Shown here one piece after another: positions 46,825-56,936 of a DNA stretch of 64,000 nt (position 1 is the stretch's first letter; each line of letters opens with the position of its first letter). Source of the DNA: Patescibacteria group bacterium. GTDB taxonomy: Bacteria > Patescibacteriota > Microgenomatia > UBA8517. Below the pieces are notes generated by a model. It saw only the letters and a program-made list of their open reading frames with translations. It made no database searches and was not told the DNA's origin. Location: the NCBI GenBank assembly GCA_041742135.1, contig JBGSJG010000001.1, positions 3,151 through 67,150 of the forward strand, written 5' to 3'. A program made the position numbers and the translations under genes.

Positions 46825-47577
46825 TCAGGCAGTTAATACAAAAGGACCGTCCTTAGTGATCGCGACGGTCTCTTCAAAAAGCGCTGATAGTTTACCATCT
46901 TTTGTGCGTATTGTCCAACCGTCAGAATCCGTTTTTACCTCACCACGTCCAAAGGTGTACATTATCTCGATCGCCAGAACCATTCCAATGCCTAAGGGAA
47001 GGTCGTCCCCGGGGTATCCTGCAAAGCAGGGTACCATAGGGTCTTCGTGAAGCTCACGGCCTATACCGTGGCCTACCAGGGCACGTACTGGATTATAACC
47101 ATTGCTAACCAGCCCTGATTCAATTGCTTCAGAAATATCTCCCAAAAATCGTCCTTTTTTGGCCTTCGAAATAGCTCGGTTTAGCGTAGATCTGCCAACT
47201 TCCAAAAACTTCTTTATCTGTGGGTCACCCCCAAGATATACGGTTACAGATGTGTCGGTGTGAAAACCCTTATAAAATACCCCTACATCAACGCTTACTA
47301 CGTCCCCTTTGGCAAAGACTAGTTCCTTTTTGGGTATACCATGAACTATACCATCATTTACATTGACACATGTTGCCCACTTATAGCCTGGAACTTTTGT
47401 AAAGGATGGTTCGGCTCCCAATTCTATGATCGTTTTGACAGCCAAAGCCTCAATATCGGCCGCACTAACTCCGACAGCAACCGCGCGAGCTAGCGTTTTC
47501 TTCACAGTAGCCAATTTAGCTCCCCCCTCGGCCATAATTTTTATTTCATCTGGTGTTTTAAGCTCGAATTTTTTCAT
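46825..47577 (-). CDS. map: type I methionine aminopeptidase
   Basis: Pita-bread fold motifs GIVHGIP, DVGV, HGIGRELHE. Confidence 0.9.
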   Translation of the reverse strand: MKKFELKTPDEIKIMAEGGAKLATVKKTLARAVAVGVSAADIEALAVKTIIELGAEPSFTKVPGYKWATCVNVNDGIVHGIPKKELVFAKGDVVSVDVGVFYKGFHTDTSVTVYLGGDPQIKKFLEVGRSTLNRAISKAKKGRFLGDISEAIESGLVSNGYNPVRALVGHGIGRELHEDPMVPCFAGYPGDDLPLGIGMVLAIEIMYTFGRGEVKTDSDGWTIRTKDGKLSALFEETVAITKDGPFVLTA

Positions 47578-48181
47578 TTATTTCCTTTTGTATAACTTCA
47601 ATAGGTTGTTCGCCATTAATTTCAACTAAAACACCGTCTTTTCTAAGAAGTTCGATCAGTGGTTGTGTGGTCTTGTGATAGTGCTCAAGACGCTCGGCGA
47701 TTGCTTCAGGAGTATCATCCTCGCGATGAACCAGCTTAGTTTGATCCACTTCAGGCCCCGGCGGATTGGTCAGCAAGTTATAGATCTCGCCAGTTGCAGG
47801 GTCTTGCCTACGAGCTGACAACCTGGCAATTGAAACTTGGTCAGAAACTTTCAAAAATATTGCGTGGTTTATACTTGCGCCATGAGCCAAAAACCAATCA
47901 TTAATTGCGTGATACTGAATAATCGAACGTGGATAACCGTCTAAAACCATGTTGTCATATCTTTTCTCGGACTCAAAAAAGTTGGTTACCATCGCGAACA
48001 TGTCGGCGTCGGGAACTAGCTCTCCGCGCTTATTTACTATCTCGTCGATCCGAGCGTCTTTTTCGGCAATTTCCCGTAAATGAGCTCCTGAGTCAAAGTA
48101 GTAATAATCGAGCTTCTCGGCCAACAGTTTCGCCTGTGTGCCCTTGCCCGAGCCTTGTGGCCCCATTACGAGGATTATCAT
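47558..48181 (-). CDS. adk: adenylate kinase
   Basis: P-loop VMGPQGSGKGTQA, LID region. Confidence 0.95.
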   Translation of the reverse strand: MIILVMGPQGSGKGTQAKLLAEKLDYYYFDSGAHLREIAEKDARIDEIVNKRGELVPDADMFAMVTNFFESEKRYDNMVLDGYPRSIIQYHAINDWFLAHGASINHAIFLKVSDQVSIARLSARRQDPATGEIYNLLTNPPGPEVDQTKLVHREDDTPEAIAERLEHYHKTTQPLIELLRKDGVLVEINGEQPIEVIQKEINEKIRA

Positions 48182-49458
48182 CGAAGTAGGCTTTCGTATC
48201 GCTTCATAACAAGTTGAGCTTCGATGTCGCGTGTTATTTCCAAAAGAACCGCCACGACGATTAGTATTCCGGTACCCCCAATAACCAAATCGGGAATGCC
48301 AATAGCAGTAGAAACTAAGGCTGGCAAAACCGCGATAAGGCCCAAAAACACAGCTCCTGCCGCAGTAATTCTGGTTAAAACATAATTTAGGTACTTAATG
48401 GTTTGAGGCCCCGGTCTGGTTCCAGGAATAAATCCTCCATTTTTTTGCAAGTTTTCGGCGATTTTTTCAGGATTAAATACTACTGAAGTGTAAAAATATG
48501 TAAAACCAACAACCAAAAGGAAATAAACTATATTATAAATTGCACTATTGGGCTGAAATGTTTGAGCCAAATTCGTAGCAAACTGCGCAATTTGCGGGTT
48601 TCCCACTCCAGACAAAAACTGCGCTAGCATTGTCGGCATAAGTACTAAAGAAACAGCAAAGATTATCGGGATCACTCCAGCCTGGTTAACTCGAAGCGGA
48701 AGATAGGAGCTTTGACTTCCTGTTGCGCTCACACGCCTTGCATAATGGATCGGAATTTGCCTTGTAGCCTCGTTTACAAAAACTATCAAAGCAATCACGC
48801 CCACTGATACAGCTAGAAAAATTCCAATATACAAAAGGTCCTCGGCACGAACTGTTGTAATTGTGCGAGTTAGAGAAACCGGCAGGCGAGCTATGATTCC
48901 TGCAAAAATTAGGAATGAAACTCCGTTACCCACACCGTATTCGGTAATCATTTCGCCAATCCAAATCGCAAGCATTGTGCCCGCGGTCATTGTGGCTACC
49001 AGTGCCGCAATACCCAAAGGCGGCAAGCCTTGGATAATCCCCTGAGATGTAAGTAGGGCATACATACCGAAGGATTGGAAAAGGGCAAAAGGGATTGTCA
49101 AAATTCTGGTGTATTGATTGATTTTCTCCTGACCAAATTCGCCTTCTTTAGACAACTCTTCAAGCTTGGGGACAACAACCGTCAAAAGCTGCAAGATAAT
49201 AGAGGCGTTAATATAAGGAGTCAATCCCAAGGCCATAATAGAAAAATTTGCCAAGGTTCCACCTGAGAAGACATCCAAAAGGCTAAGCAGTGGACTTCCG
49301 GAGAACAAAGCCTGTAGCGAATTGCGGTCGATTCCAGCGGCTGGAATATGTGCAACAAGCCTAAAAACCACAAGCGCCAAAGCGGTTATTATTATTTTTT
49401 TCCGGATTGGCGGGGACTTAAAACTACGGGTAAAAAAAGTTACTATTGCGCCAAGCAT
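48178..49458 (-). CDS. secY: preprotein translocase subunit SecY
   Basis: 10-TM protein between rplO and adk; conserved plug/TM2 region. Confidence 0.95.
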   Translation of the reverse strand: MLGAIVTFFTRSFKSPPIRKKIIITALALVVFRLVAHIPAAGIDRNSLQALFSGSPLLSLLDVFSGGTLANFSIMALGLTPYINASIILQLLTVVVPKLEELSKEGEFGQEKINQYTRILTIPFALFQSFGMYALLTSQGIIQGLPPLGIAALVATMTAGTMLAIWIGEMITEYGVGNGVSFLIFAGIIARLPVSLTRTITTVRAEDLLYIGIFLAVSVGVIALIVFVNEATRQIPIHYARRVSATGSQSSYLPLRVNQAGVIPIIFAVSLVLMPTMLAQFLSGVGNPQIAQFATNLAQTFQPNSAIYNIVYFLLVVGFTYFYTSVVFNPEKIAENLQKNGGFIPGTRPGPQTIKYLNYVLTRITAAGAVFLGLIAVLPALVSTAIGIPDLVIGGTGILIVVAVLLEITRDIEAQLVMKRYESLLR

Positions 49459-49460
49459 TT

Positions 49461-49892
49461 TTACTTAATACTTCCCCCAGCATCTATAATTTTTTTAGCA
49501 GCTGAGCCAGAAACAGGAAGAGCTACTTCAAGCTTCTTTGTAAGTTTACCATTTCCGAGAATCTTCACGCCATAAGTTTGTGCGTGAGACTCCTTAACGA
49601 TTCCAGCTTTGGCCAATGTTTCAATGGTGACCACAGCTCCATCTTTTAATAAATTTAATACTTCAAGATTAATAATAACTGGCTTAGCTTTTGCGTGGAA
49701 CTTGCCTTTACCTCGCATGAGTGGCAGTCTGTTCAGAAGAGACTTTCTAACTTTCAAGCCTTCAAACAAAATACCAACTGAGCCTCGGGACTTTTGCCCC
49801 TTCTGGCCTCGACTGGAAGTGTGTCCTCCCTTACCGCTTCCATACCCGCGCCCAAGTCTTTTTTTAGATCTGGTTTTTACTTTAAGTATCAT
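49461..49892 (-). CDS. rplO: 50S ribosomal protein L15
   Basis: RLGRGYGSGKGGHTSSRGQKGQKSR. Confidence 0.95.
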   Translation of the reverse strand: MILKVKTRSKKRLGRGYGSGKGGHTSSRGQKGQKSRGSVGILFEGLKVRKSLLNRLPLMRGKGKFHAKAKPVIINLEVLNLLKDGAVVTIETLAKAGIVKESHAQTYGVKILGNGKLTKKLEVALPVSGSAAKKIIDAGGSIK

Positions 49893-50359
49893 TTATTCTC
49901 CTTTTTATTCTTAAGCTTAGTCAAGTTCTCAAGCGCTCCGAGAGTTGCATAAACATTTGAGATTTTATTATTTGTCCCCAAGATTTTACCTACTGCGTCG
50001 CGAATACCGGCCGCTTCCAAAACGACTCGCATAGGTCCTCCTGCAATAATACCGCTTCCAGCCGGTGCTGGCTTAAGTAAAATTTTAGCAGCATTGTATT
50101 TATAATTAATCTCAAAAGGAACTGTTGTACCACGGAGAGGTACTTCTACCATACTTCTGTTAGCTACACCAATCGCTTTTTGGATTGCCCCTCGGACATC
50201 ACGAGCCTTAGCAAGGCCTGCTCCCACATGGCCATTGCGATCTCCAACCACAACTAATGCAGAAAAACGCATCTGATTTCCACCTTTTGTCTTTTTGGAA
50301 ATCCTGTTTATCTGAACAACTGTTTCGTTGCTTGGTTCTTGTGATCTTTGATTATCCAT
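49889..50359 (-). CDS. rpsE: 30S ribosomal protein S5
   Basis: VVQINRISKKTKGGNQMRFSALVVVGDRNGHVGAG. Confidence 0.95.
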   Translation of the reverse strand: MDNQRSQEPSNETVVQINRISKKTKGGNQMRFSALVVVGDRNGHVGAGLAKARDVRGAIQKAIGVANRSMVEVPLRGTTVPFEINYKYNAAKILLKPAPAGSGIIAGGPMRVVLEAAGIRDAVGKILGTNNKISNVYATLGALENLTKLKNKKENK

Positions 50360-50667
50360 TAAAATTCTAAGCCTCCCGTTCTTGCAGCTTCTGCCAAGAG
50401 CTTAACGTTACCTTGATATCTGTACCCACCACGATCAAAAACCACTCTTTTGATTTTTGCTTTAACAGCTTTTTTAGCAAGCTCTTCGCCGACCTTGGTT
50501 CCATTTGCTCCGTGAGCCTCAACCAAAGTTGCCGCCTTATCATCGTTGATTGCCTGAGCATATATGGCTGTGTTGGATCTGTAAACCGCAAGCCTTGGGC
50601 GGGCGGCTGTCCCCCACACTTTTGATCTGATTCTTTTTTTCCTGGCGAGTCTTTTTGTGCTTAACAT
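50359..50667 (-). CDS. rplR: 50S ribosomal protein L18
   Basis: RKKRIRSKV...[10 protein letters not shown]. Confidence 0.9.
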   Translation of the reverse strand: MLSTKRLARKKRIRSKVWGTAARPRLAVYRSNTAIYAQAINDDKAATLVEAHGANGTKVGEELAKKAVKAKIKRVVFDRGGYRYQGNVKLLAEAARTGGLEF

Positions 50668-50670
50668 ATT

Positions 50671-51213
50671 TTATTCAGTCTTTCCTGCCTGCTTACCTAC
50701 TTTTCGTCTAATAACTTCATCTTGGTATTTTATTCCCGAGCCTGTGTAGGGATTGGGTCTTCGAGTGTCTCGAATAAGGGCGGAAATATGACCAACAACT
50801 TCTTTATCCACACCTTCAACCGTTAAAACATTTTTTTCCATTGTAAACTTGATATTCTCTGGTGCGGCAAAAGTAATCGGGTGGGAATGCCCGACCATTA
50901 AAGACAGGTCGCTTCCTCGAACTTCACCCCTATATCCAGGACCGTTTATTTCCAAAACTTTCTTCCAGCCTTCGGAGACACCTTTGACCATATTGGCAAT
51001 ATGGGCGCGAGTTGAGCCTTGCGCCGCCAGTGCGGCTTTAGAATTGCCCTTTTTGGAAACCTCAATATTATTTTCAACCATGGCAATACCCACAAACCTT
51101 GGAAAAACTCGACTGAGATTCCCTTTGGGTCCGCTAACAGCAAAGCTTGTGCCATTAAGCTCAACTTTGACACTTTCAGGAACTGAAACTGGTAAATTTC
51201 CTAATCTTCCCAT
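50671..51213 (-). CDS. rplF: 50S ribosomal protein L6
   Basis: Two-domain L6; start trimmed to MGRLGNLPVSVPESVKVELNG. Confidence 0.9.
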   Translation of the reverse strand: MGRLGNLPVSVPESVKVELNGTSFAVSGPKGNLSRVFPRFVGIAMVENNIEVSKKGNSKAALAAQGSTRAHIANMVKGVSEGWKKVLEINGPGYRGEVRGSDLSLMVGHSHPITFAAPENIKFTMEKNVLTVEGVDKEVVGHISALIRDTRRPNPYTGSGIKYQDEVIRRKVGKQAGKTE

Positions 51214-51217
51214 ATTT

Positions 51218-51601
51218 TTACCAAACCTCCGCAATAACTTCTCCTCCAAGACTCTTTTTAGCCGCTTCTTGCCCAGTCATTACTCCGCTAGAAGTAGACA
51301 AAATAAGCTCGGTTGCATTTCTTCTTTTTCTTTTCTTCATGTCATCTTGCGAAACATAGCGCCTTAAGCCCGGTTTTGAAACCAGCTTAAGATCTATAAG
51401 CATTGGTTCCTTTTTGTGATAAGTTAGTGTCGAAATTAGTTTTCCGTCGACGACTTCAGAGGAATCAAGTACCTGCATTTTTTTAAGTACCTCTGAGACT
51501 TTGACTAAAAATTTGGTGCTTTCCACTTCGACGGTTTTCCTTCGTGCGCGAGCCGCATTTTTAATCTGAATTAAATAATCTCCAACTCTATAGTTTGTCA
51601 T
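51218..51601 (-). CDS. rpsH: 30S ribosomal protein S8
   Basis: MTNYRVGDYLIQIKNA. Confidence 0.95.
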   Translation of the reverse strand: MTNYRVGDYLIQIKNAARARRKTVEVESTKFLVKVSEVLKKMQVLDSSEVVDGKLISTLTYHKKEPMLIDLKLVSKPGLRRYVSQDDMKKRKRRNATELILSTSSGVMTGQEAAKKSLGGEVIAEVW

Positions 51602-51605
51602 AATA

Positions 51606-51791
51606 TTACCAACTTGCCTTTCTTACTCCCGGAATTTCGCCTTTTAAGGCATGTTCTCGGAAGCATGCTCGGCAAAGGCCAAATCGCCTCATGTAGCCGC
51701 GGGGACGGCCGCACAATCGGCATCGATTACGATACCTAGTCTCGTATTTTAATTTCTTTGTTTCGCGAACTACCTTAGATGTTTTAGCCAT
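51606..51791 (-). CDS. rpsZ: 30S ribosomal protein S14, zinc-binding type Z (61 aa)
   Basis: [23 protein letters not shown]. Confidence 0.95.
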   Translation of the reverse strand: MAKTSKVVRETKKLKYETRYRNRCRLCGRPRGYMRRFGLCRACFREHALKGEIPGVRKASW

Positions 51792-51792
51792 A

Positions 51793-52338
51793 TTATTCCT
51801 TTACAAAAGGCATTCCCAATGTCCCCAGTAAAATCTTGGACTTTTCAGGACTAGAATTTGAAAGCACAATCGTGATTTCCATGCCTTGTGACTTGTCCAC
51901 TTTTGCCAAATCAATTTCTGGAAAAACAGTATGTTCTACCAAACCCAAAGTATAGTTTCCTGCCGAATCAAACCTCGCTGGTACTCCTCGGAAATCGCGG
52001 AGTCGAGGCAACACTACTGACATCAATTTGTCCAGAAAGTGGTACATTCTATCACGTCGCAAGGTTACAGTAAGCCCCACAGGCATGCCTTCGCGCAAAT
52101 TAAACCCAGAGATCGACATACGCGCAGGTTGAACTTTAGGCTTTTGACCGGTTATCGCAGCCAAATCCGCCATAAGCTTCTCTTTAGTATCTTTATTGCG
52201 AAGCTTCTCACCAGTACCCATATTCACCACGACTTTAGTGATTTTGGGCAATGCCATTACGTTTTTAACTTCCAAATCCTTCATAAGCTGGTCTGAAAGA
52301 CTTTTGTATTTTTCTTTTAATGCTATGTGTTTATTCAT
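51793..52338 (-). CDS. rplE: 50S ribosomal protein L5
   Basis: Position and [14 protein letters not shown] motif. Confidence 0.95.
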   Translation of the reverse strand: MNKHIALKEKYKSLSDQLMKDLEVKNVMALPKITKVVVNMGTGEKLRNKDTKEKLMADLAAITGQKPKVQPARMSISGFNLREGMPVGLTVTLRRDRMYHFLDKLMSVVLPRLRDFRGVPARFDSAGNYTLGLVEHTVFPEIDLAKVDKSQGMEITIVLSNSSPEKSKILLGTLGMPFVKE

Positions 52339-52340
52339 AA

Positions 52341-52658
52341 TTATTTTATTTTATCGAGCATTACGCCACTTTTTTTACTTATTCTTACTTTTTTATCTCC
52401 CTCGAGCCTGAACCCAACTCTGGTTGGTTTACCTGTTTTTGGGTCCAAAACGGAAAGTCTGGACAAATCAATCGGGCGGGGAATATCAAAAATTCCACCT
52501 TTATTATCTTTTGTTAAGCTTTTTTTGACGTGTTTTTTGTAAACATTTACGCCTTGAATTAGGGCCTTACCGGACACGATAGACTCTATAGACCCTTCAC
52601 GTCCGCGGTCTTTGCCTGATCGCACTCTTACTTTGTCACCAACTTTAAATTTATTCAT
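52341..52658 (-). CDS. rplX: 50S ribosomal protein L24
   Basis: KVGDKVRVRSGKDRGREGSI KOW motif. Confidence 0.95.
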   Translation of the reverse strand: MNKFKVGDKVRVRSGKDRGREGSIESIVSGKALIQGVNVYKKHVKKSLTKDNKGGIFDIPRPIDLSRLSVLDPKTGKPTRVGFRLEGDKKVRISKKSGVMLDKIK

Positions 52659-52659
52659 A

Positions 52660-53025
52660 TTAGATTACCTCTCGTGCAAGTGATGCAATTTTAGTGTATC
52701 CCGCTTCACGCACTTCTCGCGCAATCGGCCCCATTACACGGGTTCCTCGTGGCAAACCCTGCTTATCGATAACCACGGCCGCATTGTCGTCAAAGCGAAC
52801 ATAAGTTCCATCTTTTCGGCCTACTTCTTTTCTAGTTCGGACTACAACTGCTGTAACCAGCTCTTTGTTGGCAACAGCCCCGTTTGGATCAGCACCATGA
52901 ACTGAGCAGCGGACCACTTGGCCAACTGTCGCTTTTTTGCCAATTTTATGGGAAATACCAACAACCATTAAGGCTTTAGCCCCTGAGTTGTCAGCCGGAT
53001 TAAGAACACTTCTAAGCTGTATCAT
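52660..53025 (-). CDS. rplN: 50S ribosomal protein L14
   Basis: MIQLRSVLNPADNSGAK. Confidence 0.95.
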   Translation of the reverse strand: MIQLRSVLNPADNSGAKALMVVGISHKIGKKATVGQVVRCSVHGADPNGAVANKELVTAVVVRTRKEVGRKDGTYVRFDDNAAVVIDKQGLPRGTRVMGPIAREVREAGYTKIASLAREVI

Positions 53026-53309
53026 TATTTTTTAGCTCCTTTTTTGGCAGTTGCCGATTCTTTCTTAGCTGGCTTTTTGACGGCCTTCACAGATTCATAA
53101 ATTTTCCATTTTTTAAGCTTACTAATAGGCTTGCAAGCGATAAAATGAACCGTCTGGCCAACTTTTACACCCACTTCATCGTGGACTTGATATTTCTTGG
53201 TTCGCTTAACACGCTTACCATAAACCGGATGCTGCATTTCGCGCAGCACCTCAACGGTTGCAGTTTTGGCCATTTTCATCGAAACTACTTTACCTGTAAA
53301 AATTTTCAT
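53025..53309 (-). CDS. rpsQ: 30S ribosomal protein S17
   Basis: GKVVSMKMAKTATVEV. Confidence 0.95.
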   Translation of the reverse strand: MKIFTGKVVSMKMAKTATVEVLREMQHPVYGKRVKRTKKYQVHDEVGVKVGQTVHFIACKPISKLKKWKIYESVKAVKKPAKKESATAKKGAKK

Positions 53310-53310
53310 A

Positions 53311-53520
53311 TTATTTTTTCTCTTCCTTCCTCGGTTCTGCTATTATACTCAAAATTTGGGCAATATCACGGCGTAAATTCTTAAAAACCTTAACGTTCTT
53401 TTCTTTACCAGAAACTTCCGCCACCAAAAGCTCTGTTTGCTTGGTGCGAAGGCTTGAAAGCTGGCTTTCTAGCTCTTCTTTTGTCTTGTTGTGTAATTCC
53501 TTCAGTTCTTTTGTTTTCAT
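53311..53520 (-). CDS. rpmC: 50S ribosomal protein L29
   Basis: MKTKELKELHNKTKEELESQL. Confidence 0.9.
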   Translation of the reverse strand: MKTKELKELHNKTKEELESQLSSLRTKQTELLVAEVSGKEKNVKVFKNLRRDIAQILSIIAEPRKEEKK

Positions 53521-53521
53521 A

Positions 53522-53929
53522 TTAAGCTTTATAAATAAGTTTTGTCTTAAATGGAATCTTGTCGCTGGCTTTTCTCAAAGCTTCCTCGGCAACTGTTTTT
53601 TCAACTCCTGCAATCTCATACAAAATCCTTCCCGGTCGCACGACTGCAGAGTGATGATCAACCTCTCCTTTACCGCTTCCCATACGCTGACCAGCGGCGC
53701 GAAGAGTTATTGGTTTGTCAGGAAAAACGCGAATCCAGATTCTACCTTTTCTTTTGAGTGAATTGGTAATGGCACGTCGCCCTGCCTCGATTTGATTTGC
53801 GCTCATCCATCCACAACCTAAAGACTTAAGGCCAAACTCTCCAAAAGAAAGGCTGTTTCCTCGAAGAGCCATTCCTCGCCTCTTGCCGCGGAACTGTTTT
53901 CTAAATTTCTCTCGTCTTGGTGCTATCAT
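53522..53929 (-). CDS. rplP: 50S ribosomal protein L16
   Basis: RREKFRKQFRGKRRG, RVFPDKPIT. Confidence 0.95.
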   Translation of the reverse strand: MIAPRREKFRKQFRGKRRGMALRGNSLSFGEFGLKSLGCGWMSANQIEAGRRAITNSLKRKGRIWIRVFPDKPITLRAAGQRMGSGKGEVDHHSAVVRPGRILYEIAGVEKTVAEEALRKASDKIPFKTKLIYKA

Positions 53930-53931
53930 AT

Positions 53932-54585
53932 TTATTCTTCTTTCGGTTTATTTATCCAGACTTTCACTCCGACATAGCCTCTTTTCAAAAGAGCTGGAAC
54001 CTGTGCATAGTCAATATTTCCTCTAAGCGTTTGAGTAGGAACTGCACCAACATGGTACTTCTCGGTTCTAGCAATATCAGTTCCCCCGATTCTACCGGAT
54101 AGGACCACTTTTGCGCCTTTAGCTCCCGAGGCCATAATTCGCTCAAGATTTTTGGCAATTACACGTCTATGTGGGAGTCTTCGCTCAAGCTCCCCGACAA
54201 TTCGAACTGCTACTAATTGAGCTGAAATTTCCGGATTTTTAATTTCGCGCACTTGTAAATCAATCTTCTGATCTTTGGGCAAACTGCCACGAACTTCTTT
54301 AATTATCCCAACAACTTGTCTTTTAAGCTCCTCAATACCTGAGCCTCCACGGCCAATAACAACCCCCGGCCTTGAAACTATTGCTGTGATTACCAAGCTC
54401 TTGGTCAAGCGAGCAATTTCGATTTTGTCGACTCCAGCCACTTTTAAGCGCTCCATCAAAAACCTTCTAATTTTGATGTCTTCCAAAAGAAGGTCTTTAA
54501 AATTCTTTTTGTCCTCAAACCACATTGACTTCCAAGGTATCAAGTGCCCCGTCCTAAAACCTACTGGATTAACTTTTTGGCTCAT
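53932..54585 (-). CDS. rpsC: 30S ribosomal protein S3
   Basis: MSQKVNPVGFRTG, KH domain. Confidence 0.95.
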   Translation of the reverse strand: MSQKVNPVGFRTGHLIPWKSMWFEDKKNFKDLLLEDIKIRRFLMERLKVAGVDKIEIARLTKSLVITAIVSRPGVVIGRGGSGIEELKRQVVGIIKEVRGSLPKDQKIDLQVREIKNPEISAQLVAVRIVGELERRLPHRRVIAKNLERIMASGAKGAKVVLSGRIGGTDIARTEKYHVGAVPTQTLRGNIDYAQVPALLKRGYVGVKVWINKPKEE

Positions 54586-54973
54586 TTTTTCTCACTTTCT
54601 TTTTTGAAACGGCCTTTGTTTTTGGCTCTTTAACTGGCTCCTTAGCGATAGTCTCAACAATGACTTTGATATTGCTCATCTTGTGAACATAACTATGAGC
54701 CTGTCCTCTCGAAACCGGTCTAAATCTTTTTAGTCTTGTCCCTTCTTCGATTTCAATTGTTTTAACAAACAAGTCAGCTGGATTAGCGCCTTTCACAGTT
54801 GCATTAGCTACGGCGGTTTTAATTACCTTTGAAATTGGTAAAGAGGCGGCCCTATTCACAAAAGGCAAGGCGGCCAACACCTCATCAGCTTTTTTGCCAC
54901 GAACCAAATCCGCAACAAGTCTTAACTTGATCGGACTCATTCTGATAAATTTTTGTGTCGATATTGCGTCCAT
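54569..54973 (-). CDS. rplV: 50S ribosomal protein L22
   Basis: IRMSPIKLRLVADLVRGK. Confidence 0.95.
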   Translation of the reverse strand: MDAISTQKFIRMSPIKLRLVADLVRGKKADEVLAALPFVNRAASLPISKVIKTAVANATVKGANPADLFVKTIEIEEGTRLKRFRPVSRGQAHSYVHKMSNIKVIVETIAKEPVKEPKTKAVSKKKVRKNEPKS

Positions 54974-54975
54974 GT

Positions 54976-55257
54976 TTATGTCTTTTCAATAATTCTCTTA
55001 ACAACTTGTCCGTGACCTCTAAACATTCGAGTTGGCGAAAATTCACCAAGCTTGTGGCCTACCATGTCTTCGGTAACGAATACCTCGGTAAATGCTCGAC
55101 CGTTATGAACCATAAAATATTTACCCACAAATTCGGGTGAAATCTCAGATGCACGCGACCAGGTCTTGATTGGGTTTGCCTTGTCTCCCATTCCCTTTTC
55201 AACTTTTGCAACAAGTCTCGGGTCAACGCTTGGTCCTTTTTTTATACTTCTGCTCAT
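54976..55257 (-). CDS. rpsS: 30S ribosomal protein S19
   Basis: MSRSIKKGP...HNGRAF...[11 protein letters not shown]. Confidence 0.95.
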   Translation of the reverse strand: MSRSIKKGPSVDPRLVAKVEKGMGDKANPIKTWSRASEISPEFVGKYFMVHNGRAFTEVFVTEDMVGHKLGEFSPTRMFRGHGQVVKRIIEKT

Positions 55258-55262
55258 ATTAT

Positions 55263-56039
55263 TTAAATATTTTTCTGATGCGGTCCAGCTTTTCTGCGAT
55301 TAACAATTAAACCATTTGAATACTTGTATTTTTTACGAGTTCTTCCCACTGCTGGAGTTCCGGTGTATCTTTTCGGATACTTAAGCCCTACTCCACTTCG
55401 GCCTTCTCCCCCTCCATGAGGATGAGAGCCTGGGTGCTGGGCAACTCCACGAACAGTTGGCCTAATTCCCCGCCTACGATTGACCCCCGCGTTTTTAACG
55501 CGCTCGAGCCTGTAGCCGATATTGCCAACGGTACCGATTGTAGCATAAGCGTCAGGTAAAAAGCGCCTAAGCTCACCAGATGGCAACTTGACCAACACAT
55601 AACTAGCTTCAACTCCTTGAACGACCGCTGCCGAGCCTGCGCCGCGCACCATCTGGCCACCTTTTCCGGGCCTAATCTCGATGTTGTGAATCGGGCTTCC
55701 AGCTGGGATCTTTCCCAAAGGCAATGCGTTACCCGGCTCAATGGCCGCAAATTCTGATGCCATGACGCTTGCGCCAACCTTAAGGCCGTCAGGGGCGATA
55801 ATGTATCTTTTTTGACCATCAGGATAAAGAATCAACGCAACTCCTGCATTTCTATTTGGATCATACTCCAAAGCGATAACTTTACCCATGACATCACGCT
55901 TGTCACGCTTGTAATCAATTTCGCGTAAGAAGCGCTTTTGGCGGCCACCTTGATGTCGCACAGTTACACGCCCGCCCGAGCGTCCTGATTTTTTAGGTAG
56001 TATGGTTTTAAGTCTCATTTTATTTTTTCTGAGCTTCAA
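55263..56039 (-). CDS. rplB: 50S ribosomal protein L2 (true start may be internal Met at 56018)
   Basis: [11 protein letters not shown]..., [10 protein letters not shown] motif. Confidence 0.95.
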   Translation of the reverse strand: MKLRKNKMRLKTILPKKSGRSGGRVTVRHQGGRQKRFLREIDYKRDKRDVMGKVIALEYDPNRNAGVALILYPDGQKRYIIAPDGLKVGASVMASEFAAIEPGNALPLGKIPAGSPIHNIEIRPGKGGQMVRGAGSAAVVQGVEASYVLVKLPSGELRRFLPDAYATIGTVGNIGYRLERVKNAGVNRRRGIRPTVRGVAQHPGSHPHGGGEGRSGVGLKYPKRYTGTPAVGRTRKKYKYSNGLIVNRRKAGPHQKNI

Positions 56040-56298
56040 AGATATTTATAGATTCTTTAGCTTTAAGTGTAACCACTGCCTTCTTTCTGGCGGGAACCGT
56101 AACTTTTTTTCTGGCAAGCGATAAAAACTTTCTCCCTGCTCGTTTTTGAGTACTTACAGAAACTGTGTGAACTTTAAAAGTTTTATTGACTAGCTCTTTT
56201 ATTTGAAACTTATTAAAACTTACAGGAACCCAAAATGAATACTTACCGTTTTTAGCGGCATTCATGGATTTTTCGGTAAGAATTGGTGTTAATATCAT
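56020..56298 (-). CDS. rplW: 50S ribosomal protein L23
   Basis: ILTPILTEKS start; position L4-L23-L2. Confidence 0.9.
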   Translation of the reverse strand: MILTPILTEKSMNAAKNGKYSFWVPVSFNKFQIKELVNKTFKVHTVSVSTQKRAGRKFLSLARKKVTVPARKKAVVTLKAKESINIFEAQKK

Positions 56299-56936
56299 TT
56301 TGTTTTCGCAGGTGTTGCTTTGGCTGGCTTAGCTTTTTCAAAATTATCGACGTCAAGGACAAGTGTCCCTCCGAAATAAACTTTATAGGCATTAAGGTCG
56401 CTAAATCGCTCAAAACTAACTTCCTCGATGTTTTTCAAAAACGTATGAACCGGATGATTTTTGTCTGAAACTGCAAAGGTAGCTCTTTTGGCTTTGTTGT
56501 CAGTTAGAATTTTATTTACCAAATCCTGAGCTTCTTTGGTTTTTTTAATTGCCGACAGATCACTCACTGCTACAACTTGGCTTTCGTGAGCCTTGGCAAT
56601 AAAGCTACTTTCCAGGGCCTTTATCTTCATCTTCTTTGGAAGATCCAAAATTCGCTTGTTACCCTTTGGTCCATGAGTCACACCTCCACCAACAAATATC
56701 GGAGCTGACTGGGCACCGTGTCTGGCATGCCCTGTTCCTTTTTGTTTAAACCACTTGGCTTTAGTTAAAGTAACTTCGGCTCGAGTTTTTACCTTGGAGT
56801 TCCCTGCATGCGAGCGGTCGCGGTAAACATGGATCGCTTGTGCCAACAGATCGGTATTAACTTTACCTTCAAAAACTTTGGGCAACGCAAAGCTTCCCGG
56901 GTTTTTGGTTTTGGTTGAATATAAATTAACTTTCAT
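56295..56936 (-). CDS. rplD: 50S ribosomal protein L4
   Basis: KQKGTGHARHGAQSAPIFVGGGVTHGP. Confidence 0.95.
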   Translation of the reverse strand: MKVNLYSTKTKNPGSFALPKVFEGKVNTDLLAQAIHVYRDRSHAGNSKVKTRAEVTLTKAKWFKQKGTGHARHGAQSAPIFVGGGVTHGPKGNKRILDLPKKMKIKALESSFIAKAHESQVVAVSDLSAIKKTKEAQDLVNKILTDNKAKRATFAVSDKNHPVHTFLKNIEEVSFERFSDLNAYKVYFGGTLVLDVDNFEKAKPAKATPAKTK

